Positions 32,291 to 43,787 of a DNA stretch of 64,000 nucleotides are shown here, piece by piece. Each line of letters opens with the position of its first letter. Within the stretch, counting starts at the first letter, position 1. The stretch is from assembly GCF_009914755.1 (NCBI RefSeq), contig NC_060934.1; one strand, 5' to 3'. The translations under genes were made by a program, and so were the position numbers. The DNA is from the human T2T-CHM13v2.0 reference genome, Homo sapiens. The notes under the pieces were generated by a model, which made no database searches, was not told the DNA's origin, and was given only the letters and a program-made list of their open reading frames with translations.

Positions 32291-34911
32291 TAATACAAAC
32301 CTGCAGTCCATGCACTTAGGTAACACCCTTGCTGAAAGGTTTACCTTTGGAGGGTTTATCCTAAAGCAAAGTATCCTCAAATTGCATGTCTTGCATTCCC
32401 TTTGGATGGCATTGATTTCATTCCTGCTCATGCCTTTCAAAAAATAGTATGCCCTGTTTTCCTACTCAGTCTGGAGGTTCCATTAAAGAGTATTTCTGGC
32501 AAAGATTTTTAGATCTGAAAACACACTCCAAAATATACTTTCTTCTGACTCCATTCCCAGAGTTTTTCCTACCGCATTCAAATGATTTCTAGAAATGTTT
32601 TTGTTGTAGCCTTGATCAATTTCAGTCGATAAAGCAGCAGATAGTAAGGGAACAATTCCACACTCCCCATCCCTGACTCTGCAACACAGTGCAGAATTCC
32701 AGTTGGCAATAAAAAACTAGTAGAGAAGCAACTCACTGACTTCAGTTTGTAATACCTTCAGAAGAAACTTTAATCGTCACATCCTTTCTGCTCATTTGCA
32801 GGATTCCTATCATCTGTCTCCACGTGATAACACTGAAGAGCCTTCACGTTGATGCAGTCCCAGGGCCTCAAGTGCAGAGACTGAGAGCTCTGCAGGACAC
32901 AGCATGGAGCCGCCATTCCTCTACTGGGTGGAGGAGCATGTGTCCTCTGAACAGGGGATCCAAGCCCTGAGATGTTCTTTCTCAGCTGTCAGTGCGGCCC
33001 AGGACTTTCTGTGGGGATGCTCAGACAGCAGGGGCCGGAGGACTTTTAGCCACCACCTCCCATGGCCAGTCTTCACAAATTACCTTTGGCTAATTTGACT
33101 GTCTCTCCTCCTGGGGTCTAGGACTTCAAACATGTACAGAAGCGATTGCAGAATTAAGACAAGACACTTCCACAATATATTTTTTGTATCACTGGCTCAG
33201 AAAAAGACTCATTCAAATCCTGTATCAAAGCCACGTGTGAGAATCTTGAGAAAGCATCAGCTGACTGACTTGACAAGGGAGGAAGCAACCAAAAATTCTG
33301 CGCTTCTTCAGTATCTGAGTATGATATTTTGCTTCAACATCCCTCTTAGATGAAGTTATTGATTGAAAATCATTTAAGTTTGCCCCATGGTAAAAGATCA
33401 AGTCCTCAGAAAGATCTCCAAAGTGTTTACGGTTTGTTTTGTTTTGGTAAGTTTACCATGATTTTGCTTGAATTGCTCTCCGTTGATCTTCTCAGCTAAG
33501 ATGGAGGTAGAGTTGCACAGTGGAAGAGGGCTGCATGTAAGAAGGCAGTTCTGTCTCAGAGGACAAAAGGCCTGGGAGCACCCAGACAGTCACTGCATGG
33601 AGGTCACTCCCCTCCCAGTGGCCACTGTGGAGACATTTCACAGAAATGCTTGCTGGACCATTCAGGTTCAGAGTTGGGACAAAACCGAGAACTCATGGGG
33701 ATATTGGACAGGAGTTAGGAAATGACCTTCTCACACAACTGGGGCAGTGGGGGAGAACCCTGGGCTTGAGACTTGCAATCCACCACTTGCCCCTGCCCCT
33801 GCCCCTGCAGTGTGGCCGCTGTTACATTTTCCTGCAACTCTGCCTTCTTGAGTCCAAATGTCTTCAAAAGGGGCAAATGCTTCGTAAGTGCCGACAGGGT
33901 GTGTTTCAGTGAATGTTTGCAGTGTGCACCGGTCTGGCTGAAGGCCTCTTCCCTTCCCCAACACCCTCCCATCGTGCAAAATTACCCTGCCCAGCAGGGA
34001 GTGACTTGTGTGTCTCAGAAGATTTTGTTGCTGTGCTCTGAGTTCTCACTCCTCATCTCCTTTGACCAGTTTCTTCTAATACTCCCCTTGTTCACAACAC
34101 AGAACATGAGTGCTCTTTCCTATCATTTTGACACTAATAAACGGACAGTGATTCTCAGTGTGGAAATGAGAATGAAGCTTTTTTTAAAGACAGGCTACAA
34201 TAATTCCCATGCAGAGAACCACATGCGATGACACTGGATTCCAAACAGCAAGAACGTATGGTGAAGATGAGGCCAACAGTGAGCTGAGAGAGGCCAGCCA
34301 GGGTGTGTTTCAGTGAAGATGAGAAACAATCAGATAACACCTGTTTCCTCCAGGAAAGAAAATGTGGCCAGGGAAAAGAGATGGGAGGAAGGCTGGTCAT
34401 TGCCTATTCCACTGTGCACAGTTTGAATTTGGAGCCATGAAAAGTATTGCTTGGTTAAATTAAAATCATTCAAAAGATAAAACATAAACATTTAACACCA
34501 GCACAATATGCTGGGAAACAAAATGAAAGGATTTCTGGTCTCGGTGCTGTAGGTCACATAGCCACTCTTTCCTGGATTGAGGCTTTCCAGCAAAGGGGCT
34601 GGGACGTAAGGCTGGCCTGCTGGTGTGGACAGAGATTCCAGCAACATGCATGACCTGGGGGTACAAGGATTGCTTCCTAAACAATGATAAGCACACAGCC
34701 ACCTAATAGTCTGGATCGGCTGAGACCATCCTGATTTCAAACACCCAGTCCCCTTGCCTTCCTAAGAACCCCTGTGTTTCTCAGACTGAAAATGTGTTTT
34801 GAACTTTGTTCACGAAGTGAGGCCGCTGTTGAAATTCGTCAAGACTGGGAAAGAGCCAAAGTGGGAAGGAGCATGGGTTGATTGGCACAAAAGTAGGTCT
34901 GCTGATAAAGA

Positions 34912-35293
34912 ATGGAAGTAAAGGGGCCATCAGGTAGAAGCTTTTGCTGTGAGTCAGAAGGACAATTTAAAAGTTGCCTAAAGAGGCACACGCCATCTCT
35001 GCTGCTGCCTTCCAGTTGGAAGGGAAACTCAGGTTCTTGCCTAATGGCCGAAGCCCTTCACAGAACGTCCCCCACCCCTAACAGCTGCCCACTGCCCCTC
35101 CCCCTCTGCAGAATGTCTGGGGTCCTATGTTCCAGGAACCTGTTTACTTTCAAATTTTCCCTGTTTCAGTTGGACTCAGGAGCATCTGGTGAGCCAGGTC
35201 ACTCTCTGGGTCTTACCCTTGGCTTTTCTTATTGCGGAAACTGCCAGACGGCGGTGGTCAGTGCCCAGCCTGAGGGGATGGCTTCGAATGGAG
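34912..35293 (+). CDS. NUTM2B: NUTM2 coding exon 1
   Basis: ATG at 34912 (A at -3, G at +4). Donor GGAG|gtaagc with GT at 35294, phase 1. Confidence 0.85.
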
Positions 35294-38200
35294 GTAAGCC
35301 TGTAGGGATGAGGGCATTATCTGAGTCTGCCATGCCTCAACTCCTTAGGAATTCAAATTTGACACTGCCCCGGGGACAGTTGATAGGGCTGATGTTGAGG
35401 AGGGAGGGAAGACTGGATGTCCCCAAGGACATCACACCTGGGGATGGCCATGGCACCCTGAGTCTGTGTTTAGGGAGGACGGCCTCTTAGAGGTGGAACA
35501 AGATGGCTGGGGGAATACACCGTGTAGGAGAAAGGACAGAGTGGATGGATTGATCCTTTCTAGAAGGAGACAGGTCACGTCATTGTGTGTTTGTAGGGAG
35601 TGGTGGGATCATGTTGTGCTGGTGGCCCCGGGAGGATGATAGGCAAGCCTGAACCCTGTGTCATATCTTCAGGCACCTGGAAGGTGCCCTTCCATAGTGT
35701 TCAGAGAGATTTGGACTGGAGTTTTCTAGATCTTAGGGAGGAGTGGGGAGAAGTGGTCTCAGCCAGAAAACTGTTGGGTGGGTTGGCTGTGACAGAGCAT
35801 GTAGTGACAGCCCCTGGGTGGGCGAGGCTGGGGGCTGCTGTAACTGCCACAGCCCAGAGCCCCTCAGCTCTCTCCCTAGAGATGGCTTCTCTGTCAGTTC
35901 AGGTAGCTGTTGGCTTTGATTTAACAGGGGTGGGGGCAGATGAGGAAGTTCAGGCAACACAGGGCCTGGGTTTCCTGAGTTGTTCTGAATTGTTTGCCCT
36001 TTTGTGGAAGCTCAGGTCTTCAGACCCACTTCCTCTTGTCTGCTAGCTCATGGCCTGTCCTCTGCACTTTGTGTTACTGTGGAGATGAAGAATTTGCTCC
36101 TATTCCATTTATACTACCTCATGAACGGGGGGCAGGTGTGGATTCTTGCTGGTTCTCAGTGGAAGGGTCTGGAAAGGCTGGTTTCCTTTTCAGTAGAGGA
36201 AGGAGAGTAGCGCACGAATAGGAAGATGGTTCTCTTATTATTATTATTCAAGTTAGGATATGTGTCCTGAATGATGAGGTGCATGTGCTGTATCCCTTAT
36301 TCCCCTTGACTAGAGACTGCATGAGGTCCTATTGAACAGGGATGAGTTCCAGACAACTTTGCCTCACCCGGCCCATGGCCCAAGAACCCCTGGTTTTTGG
36401 TTGGTCACTATGTTCAGTTATTAGGAGCTCAAAGGAGAAGGGCCAGGGATGGGCTCCTTGTCCCACTACCTATTGTATCATGACCAGCAGCTGTGAAAAT
36501 CCCTAGACACCTCCCCTGTTAGCTCTGCTGCTCGCCATTTGCTGGCTGTGTTCTAATCGTGTGTGGCTTTTGCTGGCTATGCAGTGACACTGTCTCAGGG
36601 GACTCCACCACTGCCTCTCAGACCTGCTCCCTGGGAACAGAGCTTCCTGAGTGGCAGCCGGGACCATCGAGTACTGCGGAAAGGGTGGCCCGAATCTGAC
36701 CCCTATTTAGCACTTGCTGTGGGTGGTGCCAGGACAATCACTTGCATGCTGGGCATGACGAGTTATGGATTATCTTCAGGGTTCCTAGGGCGCTGGCTTG
36801 GGAAAGATTTCCATCCAGTGGTTTTGTTTTGGTATGTCTGAGCTGGGAAAGAAAGGGGTTTACAAGAGCGTCAGGAAAAGGAAGATTGAAGAGGAGATGG
36901 GGCCATAATATTCGGAAGCTTCTGGCTTCCTGTCGGCCTTCTGAGTGCGGAGCACTGCCCTGGGGTAGGCCCCTCACCTGTTGCTGAGCACGCTGAGGAC
37001 CACCAGGCCGCTGAGAGACTCATCCCTGACCCATGGCTTGGGAGATGCCTGTGAGGCTGACAGGGTCTGCCAGGGACACCCGAGGGAGACGCTCGGGCAG
37101 CAAAGGCTTGGCTGTTACTTCTTGGGAGACAGGGGTCAGGGAGTCTTGGTGACCGGGGCCAGGCTCTCTAGTGGAGCGACTCTCCGTGGAGGAACAGAGC
37201 ATCCGATGCACACTCAGGGACATTTGCAAGCTGCAGTTTCCCTGTCATACGCCCTTAGCTGTTGGGACTCCCCTCTGATTCCCCAGTGACTAGTGTGGAC
37301 CTGGAGACCCCAGCTCATTCACCTCTTTCCTTTGTCTCCACAGCATACCCAGTGCTGGGACCGGGCGTGACCGCGAACCCTGGCACCTCCCTGTCTGTGT
37401 TCACGGCTCTGCCCTTCACCACACCCGCTCCCGGCCCAGCACACGGGCCGCTCCTTGTGACTGCAGGGGCTCCTCCAGGCGGCCCTCTGGTGCTGTCTAC
37501 CTTCCCCAGCACACCTCTGGTGACAGAACAGGATGGCTGCGGCCCGAGTGGGGCCGGGGCTTCCAACGTCTTTGTCCAGATGAGGACAGAGGTGGGGCCT
37601 GTGAAGGCCGCTCAGGCGCAGACCTTGGTCCTAACTCAGGCCCCCCTCGTCTGGCAGGCTCCAGGCGCCCTCTGCGGAGGTGTTGTGTGTCCACCTCCCC
37701 TACTCCTGGCAGCTGCTCCTGTGGTGCCTGTTATGGCTGCCCAGGTGGTTGGGGGCACCCAGGCCTGTGAGGGAGGCTGGTCCCAGGGCCTTCCTCTTCC
37801 ACCACCACCACCACCGGCTGCCCAGCTGCCCCCCATTGTGTCCCAAGGGAATGCTGGGCCATGGCCACAAGGGGCTCATGGAGAGAGCAGCCTGGCTTCC
37901 TCCCAGGCCAAGGCCCCGCCAGATGACTCCTGTAACCCCAGGAGTGTCTATGAGAACTTCCGACTCTGGCAGCACTACAAGCCCCTGGCCCGGAGGCACC
38001 TTCCCCAGAGTCCTGACACCGAAGCGCTTTCGTGCTTCCTCATGTGAGTGTCCTCGGGGCATTGGAGCTGGTCCTGCAGCTCACACGTAAAGAGGCTGCT
38101 GGATGGACGGGAGGTCACGCTGTTCAGGGGAGCTTGCAGGGCGGTTGTGAGGGTGATGGGCTGCACTATGGGAAGGTACATTTTCAACCATATTAATCTG

Positions 38201-41200
38201 GCTGCGGCTCAGGACAGACTGTCAGGGGCCTCATCTCAACTGCCCGTCACTGTCCCGTGAGTCCGGCCAATCCTTACTTTCAATAATTTTCACAACAATG
38301 TTTACAGAAGACCCAGGTCAGAGAGGGTTCCTGGTGTGACGTGAGCTACGGTTTGGGTTTAGGTCTTTGAGTACACACCCCAGTGCCTCCCCTTTAACCC
38401 AGTATTGATGGCCAGGAGCACCTCACATGGGGCCGGGGGGAGGAGCTGCAGGGCCCAGCAGGAACCTGGCACATGCCTGCAGTTCCGCTGAGGTCCAGTT
38501 AGCACAGCGGTGGTGGAGCCTGCATAGGGGGATGGTCTCGGGCCCTGCACTGGGGCCGATGCCGGGCAGGTATTTGCATCTTCACCCTCAATCCCTCCTA
38601 GAAAAAGGGACAATGATGCTTCATTCAGAGGATGGTGAAGAGATAACTTGAGCTCACATATGACATGCATAGCACAGTGCCTGGCACATGCTATGACACA
38701 TTACATGACAGCAGTTACGATTACTGTCCCCATTACTATCATTATCAAGACTAGGCCATCTAGGAGAGCACTCCCCAAAGCCACGGGCTCCAGTGATAGC
38801 TCTGAGTGCACCATGAGTCCAGCAGCCCAGGGCCATGGACTGTGGTGACTGTGAGGCAGCAACGTCAGCATCTGGGAGAGTTTGTGGTTTCATTCCCAGT
38901 CCCTGCCTCTCTCCACCCTGCGGTGCCTCTGTGACCCTGTGTTTCCCGCTGATGAGCAAACGGGAGCTTGAGCACATCCACCGTGCAACACACTGGCCGT
39001 TCCCCTAGGGAAGTCCCCTGCCTGGGGTGTAGGTGAAAGGTGGCCCCATTTTCATCCCCCAAAATCTCGCTGTTCCCGCACCCTGGAACTGGTTGCATTC
39101 CTCCTTGGAGCGGAGTCCCGGTGCACTGGGGACCCTGATTCTTGGGGTGGAGCTGCCCCAGGCTCACAGGCCTTTGCCATGGCTCCTGTGGGAATGTGGG
39201 ATCTGGACCTGCTGCTTGCAGTGGCGTGGACACCGCTCTGCTTTGGTTCTGGACGTGTGCTCCTGCTCCTCATGCTCCAGGGCCCTGAGGCTACGTCCCC
39301 AGGGGCTGCCTTGCTCCAGAGTCCCCAGGAAGCCGGTTAAATGCTCAGTCTTGGGGCCCTGGAACCTGCACTTTAACCCTCACCCCCAGGTCATTCTGTG
39401 TGCACGCTGTCTCAGTCAGCTCAGGCTCTGCCGTAACGAATGCCGTAGACTGGGTGCTTTATCAAGACACATTCATGTCTCCCAGTTCCAGAGGCCAGAA
39501 GTCCCAGATCAAGGTGACAGCAGATTGGGTGTCTGGTCAGGGCCCTCCTCCTGGCTGGAGAGAGCTGTCTCTGGCTATGTCTCCTCGTGGCTGAGAGCAA
39601 GAGCCCTGGCGTCTCCTTCTGCCCTTATCAGGGCTTGGATTCCATGACTGGGACCCACGCTCATGACCTGCTTTAACCCTGATTGCCTCCAAATACTGAC
39701 ACACTGGTGCTGAGGGCTTCAGCACAGGAATGTTGGAGACACACATGTTCCACCCATAGTACTGAGTCCACTTCTCAACACTGAGGACTCGAGGGGCAGT
39801 CGGAGAGGCCACTTGGTAGCTTGTGTTGATGTTTGATCTTGGGGTTGTGTTCTGGGGCCTGAGGAGCCCACATGGGGGAGAACAGGACAGGGACAGATGG
39901 CGGGACAGGTGTGGGGAGGACAGGGGCCAGGTGTTGGGACCAGGTGGGCTTGGGATGAAGGGTGGGCTTATAGACTGAGACTGACTGCACTGGTTTACAG
40001 CCCAGTTCTCCGATCGCTGGCCCGGCGGAAGCCCACCATGACCCTGGAGGAGGGACTGTGGCGGGCCATGCGGGAATGGCAGCACACGAGCAACTTTGAC
40101 CGGATGATCTTCTACGAGATGGCGGAAAAGTGAGTCTGGGGTCCTGGGAGCAGGGCCCGCGTGGCAGGGTGAGAGTGAATGACAGAGGCCCGGTGGCCGT
40201 GGTGGCTTCTCAACGTGGAGTATGAGGAGGGTGTGGAGAAACCCAGGATACTCTGGGCCCCTGGCTCCCTCAGGAAGCTGCTCCTGCCACCTAGAGTGTT
40301 CTGGGGTCTCTGTCCTGGCCTATTGGGAAGCACCCCCTGCCTGGCCTGGGGCCATCCCTGCCTTGACACTGGAGGTCATGGCAGGAGCAGCCAGCATCAC
40401 AGCCCAAAGTGGGTCACCTCTAGCTGTGGGGATGGGGAGAAGGGGCGCTAGTGACTATGGACAAGAGTAGGGTGCAGGCTCCTCACAGCAGTGGCCAGAA
40501 GTCGGTTTTCTCCCATCCCAGCCTGGCCAGGGAGTTGGGTTGGGGAGATCTGCACCTGGGACACCATGGGACCCATCTCTGGCCTGACTGCCTTTGCTCC
40601 TGGGCAGTCCCCTCCATGAAGGCAGACAGATAGACAGCAGCCTCAGGGGAAAGGGGCCCTGTCCTCTGAGCTCAGCTTTTGCTTCCTCCTGACCAGGAGT
40701 CTCCCAGGCCTCGTGCCCCTGGGTTATCTTTCAGGGGCCCACAGTCCTAGCCTCAGGACTCCTGCATCTGGGCATCATCCCTGATGCCTTCTGCCATAAA
40801 TCCCACCCCTGGCCAGCTGAAACCTGGAGGAGGGGTCCCCCGAGACCCTCCTGGACCTCGTGGCCCTGAGTTGAGTCAGGAAGCCCCGTTGATGCCATGG
40901 GCTCTGCAGGGGCCGGGTGAGGGAGGGTGAGCCCGGAACTCTGGGAGCAGTTTTCTCCTGGGACTGGGGGATGGGACACAGTGAGGGCCTGGACAGCCCA
41001 CCCGAGGCACTCCCTCCTATCCCTGCCCTCGGCCGCTGCCTGGTCCTGCGGGGAGGGGGCCTGGACCCTCTCAGCACAGCCTGGGCCTCCTTCACCGCCA
41101 GGTTCCTGGAGTTTGAGGCTGAGGAGGAGATGCAGATTCAGAAATCGCAATGGATGAAGGGGCCCCAGTGCCTGCCTCCTCCAGCCACACCGAGGCTTGA

Positions 41201-43787
41201 ACCTCGAGGACCCCCGGCCCCTGAGGTGGTCAAGCAGCCAGGTATGGCTTCCCACATTCCCACAGGAGCCATGGCAAAGGCCAAAAGGGCCAAGGGAGGC
41301 CACTGTCCCCACACCCCATGCTTCCCTTCGAGAGGGGGATTTGCTCCCTCCAACAGGACAGTTTCCAGGAGCATATGTTCGGTATTGACCTGGTCAAGTT
41401 TCCTAGCTACTCTCTCCCCTCGCCTGTCCAAAACTCCACATATGCTCTGCCCAGGAAGCAGGGATGAGCGGGGAGAGTACACGGCATATTGGTGGCTCCA
41501 AACTTCCTCCCAAGCGATGCTGTCTCAGATGTGCCCCTCCTGCCTCCTCCGGGGGCGCTGCGGTTCAGGTGGTCCTGACCCAGCTGGGACCCACTTCACA
41601 TCCCCAAGCCCTGCCCTCCCCTGTGTGGTGCGAGCAGGAGGAGCGGCCCTCACCACGCCCGTCCTCCTCCCTCTCTGCCTCAGTGTACCTTCCCAGCAAG
41701 GCCGGCCCCAAGGCCCCGACTGCCTGCCTGCCACCACCCAGGCCCCAGAGGCCAGTGACCAAGGCCCGCCGGCCACCACCCCGGCCCCACCGGCGAGCAG
41801 AGACCAAGGCCCGCCTGCCACCACCCAGGCCCCAGAGACCAGCAGAGACCAAGGTCCCTGAGGAGATCCCCCCAGAAGTGGTGCAGGAGTATGTGGACAT
41901 CATGGAGGAGCTGCTGGGGCCTTCCCTCGGGGCCACGGGGGAGCCCGAGAAACAACGGGAAGAGGGCAAAGTGAAGCAGCCACAGGAAGAGGACTGGACG
42001 CCCCCAGACCCGGGCCTCCTGAGCTACATTGACAAGCTGTGTTCCCAGAAAGACTTCGTCACCAAGGTGGGCTGGCCTGGAGTGCTGGGGTCTGCTGGAT
42101 TCCAGGGGCTGGCACTCCCAGGTCCTTGGAATTAAGCTCTGTTCCTTAGCTACTCAGCAGTGTGTGTATTTCCATGGATTTGAGTGTCTGTGTATGTGAT
42201 TGTGTGTGTCTGTGTGTTGCTGTGTGTTTGTGTCTGTGGTTTGTTACTGTGTGTCTTTGTGTGTCTGTGTAGGTGTGAGTGTGGAGTGTGTACGTTACCT
42301 GTGTCTGTGTCTTTTCCTGTGTCATATGTGGGTCTGTTTGTGTGTCTGTGTGTGGTTTGTGTGTCTCTGTCTGTGTGTGTGTAGCTACCAGGTCTGTGGT
42401 CTGTGTCTGTAGCTGGTGGTCACCATGATATGAGACAGCCCCAGGAGGGTGGGGACGGGGCGCTCGCTGCTTTCTGCATCTCCTCCAGGTGTCCTTGGCT
42501 CCAGGTTACTCCCTGCCCAGGAAGCTCACGCCTTCTTCCTTCTGTTTCCAGGTGGAGGCCGTCATTCATCCCCAATTCCTGGAAGAATTGCTTTCCCCAG
42601 ATCCACAGATGGATTTCTTGGCCCTAAGCCAGGACCTGGAGCAGGAGGAAGGACTCACCCTTGCCCAGGTACCCCAGGGGCAGGAGGGACCTGGCACACA
42701 AGGCCCACCTGATTGTCTAATCCCCCCCGCTGGGGATGCTCGGCTTCTTGGGGAGCCACTCTGGAGTGGGAAGATGCAGGTTCAGAGGGAGTAGGATGGA
42801 CAGGAGCCAGGGAGGGGAGTCAGCATGCAAGCTGTGGTGAGGCCCAACGGGAGGCCCGGCAGAGCCACACCCTCTCTCTTTGACATAAAGCCCAGCTGCC
42901 TCAGGCTTCCCTACCTGCCGCCTAAGTGCCCTGGTCTCCACCACCCTGGGCCCTGCTCACACCTGGGGCAGTGCCAGTAAGTGCCCCCTTTCCTCCCGCA
43001 GCTAGTGGAGAAGCGCCTCCCACCCTTGAAGGAGAAACAGCATGCGAGGGCAGCCCCTAGTCGTGGCACAGCCCGGTTGGACTCAAGTTCTTCTAAGTTT
43101 GCAGCTGGCCAAGGAGCAGAGAGAGACGTCCCTGACCCCCAACAAGGGGTTGGCATGGAAACCTGCCCACCCCAGATGACTGCCCGGGACTCTCAGGGAC
43201 GAGGCAGAGCACACACTGGCATGGCCAGGTCCGAAGACTCTGTTGTGCTTTTGGGATGTCAGGATTCCCCTGGGCTGAGGGCTGCCTGGCCAACCTCTCC
43301 TCCCCAGGACCACAGACCCACCTGCCCTGGCGTGGGTACCAAGGATGCCTTGGATCTCCCTGGAGGGTCTCCTGTCAGGGAGTCACATGGGCTGGCTCAG
43401 GGGTCAAGTGAGGAGGAGGAACTCCCCAGCCTGGCCTTCCTCTTGGGTTCCCAGCACAAGCTTCTGCCCTGGTGGCTACCCCAGAGCCCTGTCCCTGCCT
43501 CGGGCCTTCTCAGCCCAGAAAAGTGGGGACCCCAGGGAACTCATCAGTCCCCATCTGCTGAGAGAAGAGGCCTCAACCTAGCACCTTCTCCTGCCAACAA
43601 GGCCAAGAAGCGACCTCTCTTTGGAAGCCTGTCCCCTGCTGAAAAGACACCCTACCCAGGGCCTGGGCTCAGGGTCTCTGGGGAGCAATCCCTGACTTGG
43701 GGGCTGGGTGGCCCCTCACAGTCTCAAAAGAGAAAGGGTGACCCCTTGGTCTCCAGGAAGGAGAAGAAGCAGCATTGTAGCCAGTAG
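34912..43787 (+). CDS. NUTM2B: NUT family member 2 (FAM22 family), 7 coding exons, 878 aa
   Basis: Exon lengths 382+700+129+140+383+117+786=2637 nt give one open frame [11 protein letters not shown]...[13 protein letters not shown]...[88 protein letters not shown]...EKKQHCSQ*. This contains the NUT-domain signature. Paralog assignment rests on recalled residues ([18 protein letters not shown]) and on the upstream BEND3 pseudogene. Confidence 0.9.
37344..38043 (+). CDS. NUTM2B: NUTM2 coding exon 2
   Basis: Acceptor tttgtctccacag|CA, donor CTCAT|gtgagt. Encodes (A)YPVLGPG...EALSCFL(I). Confidence 0.95.
39408..39761 (-). mobile_element. MLT1A-like MaLR LTR in NUTM2 intron 2
   Basis: tgtctcagtcagctcaggct...cagttccagaggccagaagtcccagatcaagg...gggcttcagcacaggaa. 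Confidence 0.8.
40001..40129 (+). CDS. NUTM2B: NUTM2 coding exon 3
   Basis: Acceptor ggtttacag|C, donor GAAAA|gtgagt. Encodes [20 protein letters not shown]...YEMAE(K). Confidence 0.95.
41102..41241 (+). CDS. NUTM2B: NUTM2 coding exon 4
   Basis: Acceptor ccttcaccgccag|G, donor CCAG|gtatgg. Encodes [11 protein letters not shown]...VVKQP. Confidence 0.95.
41684..42066 (+). CDS. NUTM2B: NUTM2 coding exon 5
   Basis: Acceptor ctctctgcctcag|TG, donor AAG|gtgggc. Encodes (V)YLPSKAGP...[19 protein letters not shown]...DFVTK. Confidence 0.95.
41725..41856 (+). repeat. Coding tandem repeat (3 x 42-45 bp) in exon 5
   Basis: ccaccaccc(a/c)ggcccca...accaagg encoding [14 protein letters not shown] / [15 protein letters not shown] / [13 protein letters not shown]. 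Confidence 0.9.
42160..42410 (+). repeat. Degenerate (TG)n tract in intron 5
   Basis: About 250 bp of tgtgtgtc-type repeats. Confidence 0.9.
42552..42668 (+). CDS. NUTM2B: NUTM2 coding exon 6
   Basis: Acceptor ttctgtttccag|GTG, donor CAG|gtaccc. Encodes [39 protein letters not shown]. Confidence 0.95.
43002..43787 (+). CDS. NUTM2B: NUTM2 coding exon 7 (terminal)
   Basis: Acceptor ctttcctcccgcag|CTA, stop TAG at 43785-43787. Basic NLS-like patches (KAKKRP, KRKGD, RKEKK). Confidence 0.95.
   Translation, partial: LVEKRLPPLKEKQHARAAPSRGTARLDSSSSKFAAGQGAERDVPDPQQGVGMETCPPQMTARDSQGRGRAHTGMARSEDSVVLLGCQDSPGLRAAWPTSPPQDHRPTCPGVGTKDALDLPGGSPVRESHGLAQGSSEEEELPSLAFLLGSQHKLLPWWLPQSPVPASGLLSPEKWGPQGTHQSPSAERRGLNLAPSPANKAKKRPLFGSLSPAEKTPYPGPGLRVSGEQSLTWGLGGPSQSQKRKGDPLVSRKEKKQHCSQ

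Larger units (their letters stand above)
39169..41282. repeat. Perfect 33-bp inverted repeat (arms 39169-39201 and 41250-41282)
   Basis: ggcctttgccatggctcctgtgggaatgtggga is the exact reverse complement of tcccacattcccacaggagccatggcaaaggcc. Confidence 0.95.

Noticed and set aside
35294-35490. Extension of the 192-aa ORF past exon 1
   Set aside because: Read-through of the strong gtaagc donor into intron 1.
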